DNA of 64,000 nucleotides from Trypanosoma brucei (Eukaryota): NCBI GenBank assembly GCA_000002445.1, contig CM000208.1, positions 608,001 to 672,000 of the forward strand, read 5' to 3'. Shown piece by piece: positions 56,018 to 64,000 of this stretch (position 1 is its first letter; each line of letters starts with the position of its first letter). The notes under the pieces were generated by a model. It saw only the letters and a program-made list of their open reading frames with translations, ran no database searches and was not told where the DNA came from. The position numbers and the translations under genes were made by a program.

Positions 56018-59011
56018 ATGCTCACACTTGGGATGCATACGCTTCAGCTCCTATCCCTGATTCTTTATTTTGCTGCTACTGTTTTCGTGCCGGCGCTGAA
56101 GGTTCCATCAAAAGCCGTTGTGCACCTCGTGGCACATACACACAGTGATTTGGGATGGCTCAAAACCGTTGACCAGTATACTTACGGGTTGAATAACAGT
56201 ATTCAGTTTGCCGATGTGACCACCATTATCAACAGCGTTGTGGAGGGACTACTGGCAAATCCAGAAAGGAAGTTCACTTACGTTGAAATCGGTTTTTTCT
56301 CGAGGTGGTGGTCAAGACAATCAGTGAGCATGCGGGAAAAGGTCCGTGGGTTGGTCGCCAATGGTCAACTGCAATTTGCCAACGGTGGTTGGTGTATGCA
56401 TGACGAAGCCACTACACACTATATTGATATGATCGACCAAACGACGCTTGGCCACCGATGGTTACTGCGGGAACTTAATGTGGTACCGCTTGTTGGATGG
56501 CAAGCCGATGCATTTGGGCATAGTGCCACACAAGCATCGCTGTTGACGTCGCGTGCTGGTTTCAATGGAACCTTTTTCGCCCGCATTGACTACCGTGAGT
56601 ATGAGGATCGTGTGAAGCGAGGGGGACGGCAGTTCTGGTGGGACGCTAGTCCGTCGCTACCTGACCTGAAAACATTTGCTGAGGCGAACCTGCACGCGAC
56701 CTATTGCTCAGCAGCGGGGTACAAATGGGATCTTGCTGATCAGTTAGAGAGTGCACGGACATTCACTCAAGCGGATGATATTATTGACGATAATGCGTCC
56801 GAGCGGTACAATGTTCCAGTTGTTCTTAAGCATTTCAAGGATGAGGTAGCTAGGAGTTTGCAGGCCACGCGTGGTGCGAACGTCATGTGGACGATGGGAT
56901 GTGACTTCACTTATATGGTGAGCGAGTTTTGGTTCGGCAAGATGGACAAATTAATCAAAATTGCCAATGATGATGGTGAGTTTACTGTGCGTTATTCCAC
57001 GCCGTACGAATATATGATGGCGAAGCTGGATGAGGCTGTGAATGCGAAAATCAAATATGAGACGAGCACGGGCGATTTCTTCCCGTATGCAAGTGCCGCT
57101 CACGAGTTTTGGACGGGATTTTACTCATCTCGACCGACTTTGAAGCGACTAATACGGATGTTAAGCAGTTATTGGGTTGCGTCCCGGCAGTTGCAATTCC
57201 TTGCAGGTGTGCCATCCGGTGATCTGCCACTTCTGAGCGATGCGCTCGCCATTGCACAACATCATGACGCGGTAACGGGAACGGCGCGGCAACACGTAAC
57301 ATTTGATTACGTCAAACGACTTGTGGCTGGATATAATGATGATTTCTCAGTTCGGCTTCGTACCGCACTTACTGGAAGATTGTTTAACCTCAGTAACGTA
57401 AGTCACTGTTTGCTGTCTAATGTGTCTGCATGCGACGCCACCGCCACTGGACTAGCAAAAAAAGGATCAAAACTGACGGTGATGGTATGGAATCCGAGTG
57501 TCCACCCAAATGTGAATACCTTTCTTCAAATACCCGTTCCACGAAGGGATATCAGAGTAGAGGGTAACGGCGTGAAGTCCTTTTCTGTCTATGGTTCACC
57601 CACTCAGGTAAGTGATTATTCCAATGTCAATGCGAATTGGCAACCATATACAATTGGGATAATTCTTTCGTTGGGGAAAACCTCCTCTCTTACTCTGAGC
57701 ACACCGGGGAAGTATGATATTCCACGGAAAGAATCACATGTCGGATATTCGCTGAAGAGTGTGGTATCCCGTGATAGGCGTGGAGGTTTTACGCTGACGA
57801 GTGACCATCTCAAGGTGCGTTTCGGGGTGAACGGGCGGCTAAAAAGCATTGAGGTATTGTCTGTTGGACAAGAGGTGTTGGTGGAGCATGATTGGTGTTA
57901 TTTCAAGAGCAGTAGAGGGGAAGACCCGAGTGGTATATCTGGTGGGGCGTACATAATGCGTCCTGTCTCTGATAATGTTTGTGAACCGATTAGCACCGAT
58001 AAAGTCGAGAGTATTATCATTGATGAGACGATTGGTATTGTGGAGCAAAGGTTCGGAAACGACCTCGTACAGCGAGTCATTCTTCACGGGGATACGGTGG
58101 ACTTGGAGTTTACTTCTCTGGGTATTCCAGTAAAAGATGGATTTGGACGTGAACTCGTTGCCCGTTTCAGCACGTCAGTGAACAATAGTGGCATTTTCTA
58201 CACGGATAGCAATGGTCGTGAAATGCAACGACGTGAGGTGGATAAACGACGGAACTACCCGTTTGTTCAAACGGAGTCTGTAGCCGGCAACTATTATCCG
58301 GTGTCAAGTCTCATATTCATTAATGACACCGAAACACAGTTCAATGTGTTCACTGATGCGGCGATGGGGGGCACAAGTATAAATAACGGTGAGGTGCTGC
58401 TCACTACGCATCGCCGGCTTTTGCTAGATGACCAAAAGGGTGTTTCAGAGCCATTGAATGAAACGGAATTCATTACAGCCTATGAAGGTGATCCTTCAAT
58501 GAATGAAAAAGGGCGCGGCAAACACTACGGTAATCCGCTACGTGTGCGTGGTACACTTACCATTTCTGTAGGTCGAAGTGGGCCGTCAGCCATGCGCCGC
58601 GTACGTGAGCAACTGGATGAGAAGTATTTTTCTCCAATTGCTGTATATTCTACTGGCTCTACGCCGAACCTAAACTGCTCCTTGGAGTTGACACAAATAT
58701 CACCCAGTGTGCAGATAATAACGACGCAGTTACTCAACAAGACCACACTTCTACTCCGCATTGCTCATCGCTATGCCGTAGGTGAGGATGATGAGCGCTC
58801 TAAATCCGTTGAGGTGGAACTGCGATCTCTTATTCCTAACGAGCTGGATTACAATGTTGAGAGCATCGATGAAGTATCGTTGACGACGAATACCCTTTTG
58901 CGGAATGGACTGGACACAGTCGTGCTGAAACCGATGGATGTACGGACATTTTTATTTCACATGAGGGAGCACAAGTGGAGGGGCATGTCAATGAGCTGCA
59001 CGGGTGTGTAA
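56018..59011 (+). CDS. lysosomal alpha-mannosidase (glycoside hydrolase family 38); the track ORF starts at TTG 55994, first ATG at 56018
   Basis: Signal peptide MLTLGMHTLQLLSLILYFAATVFVPA. GH38 N-terminal motifs HSHSDLGWLKTVDQY, FTYVEIGFFSRWW, NGGWCMHDEA, WQADAFGHS. Collinear central and C-terminal domains. Confidence 0.9.
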   Translation: MLTLGMHTLQLLSLILYFAATVFVPALKVPSKAVVHLVAHTHSDLGWLKTVDQYTYGLNNSIQFADVTTIINSVVEGLLANPERKFTYVEIGFFSRWWSRQSVSMREKVRGLVANGQLQFANGGWCMHDEATTHYIDMIDQTTLGHRWLLRELNVVPLVGWQADAFGHSATQASLLTSRAGFNGTFFARIDYREYEDRVKRGGRQFWWDASPSLPDLKTFAEANLHATYCSAAGYKWDLADQLESARTFTQADDIIDDNASERYNVPVVLKHFKDEVARSLQATRGANVMWTMGCDFTYMVSEFWFGKMDKLIKIANDDGEFTVRYSTPYEYMMAKLDEAVNAKIKYETSTGDFFPYASAAHEFWTGFYSSRPTLKRLIRMLSSYWVASRQLQFLAGVPSGDLPLLSDALAIAQHHDAVTGTARQHVTFDYVKRLVAGYNDDFSVRLRTALTGRLFNLSNVSHCLLSNVSACDATATGLAKKGSKLTVMVWNPSVHPNVNTFLQIPVPRRDIRVEGNGVKSFSVYGSPTQVSDYSNVNANWQPYTIGIILSLGKTSSLTLSTPGKYDIPRKESHVGYSLKSVVSRDRRGGFTLTSDHLKVRFGVNGRLKSIEVLSVGQEVLVEHDWCYFKSSRGEDPSGISGGAYIMRPVSDNVCEPISTDKVESIIIDETIGIVEQRFGNDLVQRVILHGDTVDLEFTSLGIPVKDGFGRELVARFSTSVNNSGIFYTDSNGREMQRREVDKRRNYPFVQTESVAGNYYPVSSLIFINDTETQFNVFTDAAMGGTSINNGEVLLTTHRRLLLDDQKGVSEPLNETEFITAYEGDPSMNEKGRGKHYGNPLRVRGTLTISVGRSGPSAMRRVREQLDEKYFSPIAVYSTGSTPNLNCSLELTQISPSVQIITTQLLNKTTLLLRIAHRYAVGEDDERSKSVEVELRSLIPNELDYNVESIDEVSLTTNTLLRNGLDTVVLKPMDVRTFLFHMREHKWRGMSMSCTGV

Positions 59012-59902
59012 TGGCCTAACCACATGTGTGTGTATGTATCTGCATACGAATTCTGTGCCTTCATTGTACTGTGTGTGGAACCAATGTTAAGGGTCTGTGT
59101 GGGTGAGGATTTTAGGGGTAGTGTGGCATTGACGTTGAGGGACCCAAACTTATTAGGTGGTTTGGGAGAGTGTTTTGGATCGTTCGCTGTGTCGTAGGGC
59201 GATGGTTGTTGTGACGCACGTAGTGTTTTTTTCGGCACTCAGTTCCTTCTTCTTCGTTGTGTTTAATTTTGCTTGCTATCGCGTGAAATATTGTATGCCC
59301 ACCGTTTTCCCATTAGCATGCGGCAGTGGAATTCCTCTCCACTCCTCCATTGTTTCCTCCCTTTTATTTTTGGTTGTCTAGTTATTCGTGTCATTGTGGC
59401 TGTGCTGAAAATGTTGCCCTTCACCACCCTTAGCGTCTATTTCTCCCTACGTGACATTGTTGCTTTTTCTTTTTCTTTGTCTTGCCTGCCACTCCTTTCG
59501 TTGGGTGCTCAGCTCCTTCGTCATTGAAAATACTTGGGCACGTGAGCCATCTCTATTGTCGGTGTGAGGTCATGTGTGGGTGAGGGGTGGGAGGCTGGTA
59601 GGTGTTATTGGTAGTTTTTGCTTTATCGCTGTTAATATTCACATGTGACTCGTTTCGTTCTCCTCCTTTAGCGTGTGACGGGTGTTGCTTTTATCTCCAT
59701 TTGCTCTCCCCTCGGTTCCGTTGTGGGATACGGCAATCCTTATTAGCATTATCACCGTGGGAAAGCATACAGATGATTACGTGAGAAAACTCCTCCATTT
59801 TTTTCCCCCTGCGCATGCATCAACAATGGTTTCATTCCTTTTCTTTTTCATCTTTGTATTAACATGATCAAATAATGTGCATCTTTAACCTAGTGTGACG
59901 CA

Positions 59903-60787
59903 ATGAATAGGAGCACCTCCCTTGAAGACAGTGATGCTGGTGGGCGTGGAGGTAAGAAGAAGCGTGAGAAGAAGGGATTCAAAGTGGACCGTTACGAGAA
60001 TTACCGGCAGCGGTTTGCCAAGGGAATCAATGGTAAAAACATTCCCAAGAATAATAGTGGTAGTGTCACAAAAAGGGTGAAGGCAATAACATTTGATGAA
60101 GAGGATCGCCGTGAGTACCTCTCTTTGCATAAGCGTAAGAATGAACGGCGCGTGAAGGCGTTTGTCGAAGCCAAGCAAAAAACTAAGCGTGATAACGCGA
60201 GAACACGTCGTGCCCAACGGGAGGAGGCACGGCAGGCGTACAACAAATTTGCAGCGGTACCCATTTTGCCGAACTTTACCTACCGACTACCTGTTGAGGG
60301 GTGTTCCGATAATGAAGATGATGATGAAGGACATATGGACGAGGGAAACGAGGAGATGGTTCAGTCACGTGGTATCAACGATGCCCAAAAGCAGCGCCGG
60401 CTGCTTGCTGCAGAGAAAACAGTGCACACAATGCCTGCAACAATGAGTGGTGGCGCGTTGGCAGAATCTTCGATCGGTGATGCCGGTTGTCGGCTTGACG
60501 ACGAGTTCGTAACGGTGGAAGTTAAAGTTCTTGGGAGTGGGAAGGATAGCGCAGGAAGTGGTACCTGTGGTTCAAATTCTTTACCTGTGAATGATTTCTC
60601 TGACCTTCCTTCTGTTGTTGAGGAGGAGCTGCTGCGACTTAAGAAGGAGATGAAGGGTCCAGCGCGGACAAAGTCGCGCGTTTACATGATGAAAGAGCTT
60701 GAAAAAATAAGAAAGATAAAAAAGCATTCGAGGAAGGGTCATGGTAAAAAGTCTGCCAAAGGTAAAAGGAAGAATCGAAGACGTTGA
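59903..60787 (+). CDS. lysine/arginine-rich hypothetical protein, probably nucleolar/ribosome-biogenesis-like
   Basis: Highly basic N- and C-termini (GGKKKREKKGFKVDRYENYRQRF...; KKHSRKGHGKKSAKGKRKNRRR) with an acidic middle. No specific family recognised. Confidence 0.4.
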   Translation: MNRSTSLEDSDAGGRGGKKKREKKGFKVDRYENYRQRFAKGINGKNIPKNNSGSVTKRVKAITFDEEDRREYLSLHKRKNERRVKAFVEAKQKTKRDNARTRRAQREEARQAYNKFAAVPILPNFTYRLPVEGCSDNEDDDEGHMDEGNEEMVQSRGINDAQKQRRLLAAEKTVHTMPATMSGGALAESSIGDAGCRLDDEFVTVEVKVLGSGKDSAGSGTCGSNSLPVNDFSDLPSVVEEELLRLKKEMKGPARTKSRVYMMKELEKIRKIKKHSRKGHGKKSAKGKRKNRRR

Positions 60788-61070
60788 TTCGGGGTCCATT
60801 TTTCTCTTCCTTGTTTTTTTAGCATATGTCTCTACTCTTCTTCTTTTTTCTTGGTTTTCCTGCGGTTAATGACGTAATATTATGATTTTCTATGGCGACG
60901 ACGTATTCGCCGGTTTTTCCTTTCTCTGTCCTCTTTTTGAGGAAACACGTTTGATTTAACTTGTTCCTTTTTTTTGTCGTCTTATTGTTATTTATTCTTC
61001 AACATCTTTTTTTGTACAGCGTCATTTGTCACTACTGTGGTGTGTGAGGAGAAGTTGCTTCGTGGTAGGG

Positions 61071-63506
61071 ATGCGGATCGCAACGAGTCCTACAGGAAGG
61101 GGGAAAAATAGTTCGGTGCTGCCGTTGCTGAGGCGCTTCAGTTGGGGCAATGGTATGTGTTCTCCGTACTACACAGAACACAGGCGGCAGTCGACTCTTA
61201 CCTCTTCGGCGTTGTCATCGCCAGCAAATCACAACCAACAAGTTGTGTACAGGAGTATCCGAGATTGCAGAGAGCGCGCTTTCCACTTGATTCAGGAGCT
61301 CGTTAGTTCCCCTATTCCCGGTTGTGGTTTGTCTTACTCAACCAACGGTAGTTTCGGAGGTCCATCTTTGACCGTGAATGCTGTCAGTGGCGTGGCTTCC
61401 CTTCTTGAGTTGTACGACAAGGCCTACTACTTTCTACATCTCCTTCACAGGACTATTCTTGTGCCGCGCAACGTGGTAAGAGACACAGATGATTTTACAG
61501 AGTTTCTGTTGCGCTGCTTTCGACGTCCCAGTGATTCTTTGTTAAAGGGTGATGAGGAGCTGCAAATGAGCGATACTGCCATTGTTGATGGTTTTGTGGA
61601 ATGGATGGAGACGTCACTCATGTCGGCTGGCCAGTTCGTGTCATTTGTTGAAGTGCTGCAGCTCGTTGGATCATATGTACGGTACCACAAGGGGGTGCGG
61701 TGGGGCGCAAGGCCTTCGGAGGAGGAATGGTACCGCTGCGGCTACCGACTGCATCCGTGGCACGACACCTACTGCCCATCCTCACGGGCGGAGCAAATGC
61801 CTTATGTGCACTTGCTGCAGTGGCTGATGCGAGCAAAGCCGACGAAGTTGGAAGAGAAGATAGATGATAAGGAAGGTGCTCATGGTGCATCTTCGCTATT
61901 TTCAACAGCTGCAAAGGAGAGTGCAATGCGGGCGTGGTATGCCACTGAGGAGTTCTCACCGCCTTCGTGGCATACGGTTGTTGGTAATAGTAATCGACTT
62001 GGCTTTACAGCCCTTGACTGCGGTTGTCATAGTGGCTACATGACAGAACTTCTTCTGAAGGCTGGTGCGCAGGAGGTGCTTGGTGTTGATGTGTCGCCTC
62101 ATCATCTAGGGAATGCAGAGGCAACTTTAAGTGAGCACTTGAGAGAGCGACGAAGCTCCTCGTATTCAAGAAAAACGGTTCAGTTCGTTCGCTGTGACAT
62201 CCTTCCGGATCTACCTGATGAGGCAAGGCAAACGAAGACACCTCCTCTAGGCCCAGAAGGAAGCACAAACTCTGCTGCTGCTGAGAACCGGCGTCGGCTG
62301 GCACGGTGCCACCACATGCCGAGTGATTCGGATGGATTAAAAACGGAAACGGAGGTAACGGGTCCCTTTGACTTACTCTTGTTTCACCCACCTCTGCCAC
62401 TGTTGTTTCCCACGTGGCCCCTGTTTCACGATTTGTACGAATCTGTAGACCAGCTTGCATATGATGCCGGTCGTCGGCATCCTCATTGCCGTTTATCTGT
62501 ACTCAATGAATTTTTGCAAAGATTATTGGGCTCGTCAAATGGCGAAGAAAATAATAGCGAGCGTCGGCGAAATGCGCATCAACAATTGAACCACCAACGA
62601 AGACTTGTAGCACCACTTATTAAAGACAATGGCTACGTGGCTTTTATACTCCCACGTAATTTTGACACAAGAGCTATTCTTCAACGCATGTCCACTTCTT
62701 CGGCGGGGAAGAATTGCACAAGTTGTGGATCAGATGGTTTGGCACCTCTTGTGCCTCTGAGCGATGTTGTGACAATGACTCTTGAGGGATCTTATACACT
62801 GGTGTTGAAACGGTCTCATTCATTGTCTTCGCTTCTGAATCGCATGGATTATATACAAAAGAGTATCTCCGCTTTCATCAGAGCATTTGTTTCTCCACAG
62901 CACCGTTCGCGTGTGGAGCAGGAGGTGAGGGACTTCTACAGCAATCACCAAGCAATAGACCTTATTGTTATGCGTAAGATAGCAAGACAGAAGACAAATG
63001 AAGATAATGATAATAAGGATTGCAGTGTACGTGCAGTACTGCAAAAAGTTTCAGAGCCAATTGCGTATGAGGACAGTTTTGAGTACGAGGAGTATATTCC
63101 CGCCGGTGGTTCTCCGTTGGCACACCACTGGACTGAAATGACACCATCTTTCTCATATCTGGAAGATGAATTCTTTGGGTGTGCTGACAGCGTTGGTACA
63201 AATGGACCCCCAAACGGAGCGAGTTTTTTAGCTGTTGGTCACCCGCTAGTTCCTGTGACGAGGCAACTTGTTGGAGTTGATCGCTTTGGTGCTGGGGGGA
63301 GAGATGCAACTCAGGGAGAGTCGGGAAGTTTTGACAAAATGTTTGCAAAAGAAATGAGAAGAAGAGGTGGTCGGATGCGTAAGATGGCACTGACGCCACT
63401 CGAGAAACAGGAGTGGTACATTGATGAGAAGCTTGTGAAATCAGAGGCAGCGAAGGTTGACCTTATGAACGAACTTTCACGATTTGAATTGAAGGACTTT
63501 GACTGA
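61071..63506 (+). CDS. hypothetical protein with a class I SAM-methyltransferase-like core; the track ORF starts at TTG 61026, first ATG at 61071
   Basis: Motif I-like ALDCGCHSGYMTELLLKAGAQEVLGVDVS and a downstream motif IV-like LLLFHPPLP. There are long flanking regions with no recognisable domains. Confidence 0.35.
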   Translation: MRIATSPTGRGKNSSVLPLLRRFSWGNGMCSPYYTEHRRQSTLTSSALSSPANHNQQVVYRSIRDCRERAFHLIQELVSSPIPGCGLSYSTNGSFGGPSLTVNAVSGVASLLELYDKAYYFLHLLHRTILVPRNVVRDTDDFTEFLLRCFRRPSDSLLKGDEELQMSDTAIVDGFVEWMETSLMSAGQFVSFVEVLQLVGSYVRYHKGVRWGARPSEEEWYRCGYRLHPWHDTYCPSSRAEQMPYVHLLQWLMRAKPTKLEEKIDDKEGAHGASSLFSTAAKESAMRAWYATEEFSPPSWHTVVGNSNRLGFTALDCGCHSGYMTELLLKAGAQEVLGVDVSPHHLGNAEATLSEHLRERRSSSYSRKTVQFVRCDILPDLPDEARQTKTPPLGPEGSTNSAAAENRRRLARCHHMPSDSDGLKTETEVTGPFDLLLFHPPLPLLFPTWPLFHDLYESVDQLAYDAGRRHPHCRLSVLNEFLQRLLGSSNGEENNSERRRNAHQQLNHQRRLVAPLIKDNGYVAFILPRNFDTRAILQRMSTSSAGKNCTSCGSDGLAPLVPLSDVVTMTLEGSYTLVLKRSHSLSSLLNRMDYIQKSISAFIRAFVSPQHRSRVEQEVRDFYSNHQAIDLIVMRKIARQKTNEDNDNKDCSVRAVLQKVSEPIAYEDSFEYEEYIPAGGSPLAHHWTEMTPSFSYLEDEFFGCADSVGTNGPPNGASFLAVGHPLVPVTRQLVGVDRFGAGGRDATQGESGSFDKMFAKEMRRRGGRMRKMALTPLEKQEWYIDEKLVKSEAAKVDLMNELSRFELKDFD

Positions 63507-64000
63507 ATCGGTGTGGCGGCCTTCGGTCCTTCGCTTTTTTGGTTTGATGAGGGGGGAGGTGGCCTCATGTTGCCAAAGTATTTGACCTCACTGACGCTTC
63601 TTGCTGAAAACTATTGGCCGTACATTGAGTGAAATCTCTGCAGCATTGCACTCTCTCCAGCAAGTAAGGTTTACCCGTGCGGAAGATGTACGGAATGCTT
63701 TACTGTTTCTGTTTTAACCTATGCCCACACCCGCATGCGCATCATCTTGACATGCTTAGTATTTACACCTTGTTACGTGTCTCACGAAGTAGAATTCGAC
63801 GGCACTTCAGGTATTGCGAATAAATGTTTTCTTGGTGCGTATTTATGTGCCTCTAACCCTTTCCTAACTTTGGTAGAAACGCAACGTTATGGTCGGTGAG
63901 GAGGTCGAACTAACTGTTCAGCCCCAACGGTCACTGAACCTCGTTTCCGCTGGTTCAGCGCATAAAAGAGGTTCTATATGTTTGAGTGTCCTACAACGCG

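Noticed and set aside
1..64000. Prokaryotic-type systems (CRISPR arrays, operons, defence islands)
   Set aside because: The sequence is eukaryotic (kinetoplastid). No direct-repeat/spacer arrays or bacterial gene organisation were seen.

Overview
This window reads as nuclear DNA from an African-type trypanosome of the Trypanosoma brucei group, not a prokaryote. The evidence is dense intron-less ORFs arranged in long same-strand blocks (polycistronic units), pyrimidine-rich intergenic spacers ending in AG, (GT)n microsatellites, and a retroposon fragment. That fragment carries the Pr77 hallmark (the conserved 5' end of ingi/RIME-type retroposons) and the 2A peptide '...SSIIRTKMLLSGDVEENPGP', which matches the T. 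brucei ingi 2A as I remember it. The window holds three transcription units. The first is a + unit (1-6.0 kb) with a TPR protein and a CK1-like kinase. The second is a - unit (11.9-23.1 kb) with GP63/MSP, a receptor-type adenylate cyclase and an MCA4-like metacaspase. The third is a long + unit (29.3-64 kb). In order, its clearer calls are a DnaJ membrane protein, a CLPTM1-like protein, glucose-6-phosphate dehydrogenase (G6PDH), a PCI-domain protein, a PrimPol-like primase-polymerase, two adenylate kinases, an MDH-related paralogue beside the mitochondrial malate dehydrogenase, lysosomal alpha-mannosidase, a lysine-rich protein and a methyltransferase-like protein. The units are separated by a convergent strand-switch region (6.0-11.9 kb) and a divergent one (23.1-29.3 kb). 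The convergent region holds a truncated ingi/RIME-type retroposon with 11-bp target-site duplications, nested inside a pair of ~73-bp inverted repeats together with a GC-rich island and a C10/G12 hairpin. The divergent region is ORF-free and is presumably a Pol II transcription start region. The most interesting points are that composite repeat structure, two predicted 'dead-enzyme' paralogues (metacaspase Cys->Ser; MDH paralogue His->Lys) and an intact PrimPol-like gene. I found no tRNA or rRNA genes and no prokaryotic-type systems. The supplied ORF track uses GTG/TTG as well as ATG starts, so several true starts lie downstream of the track coordinates.
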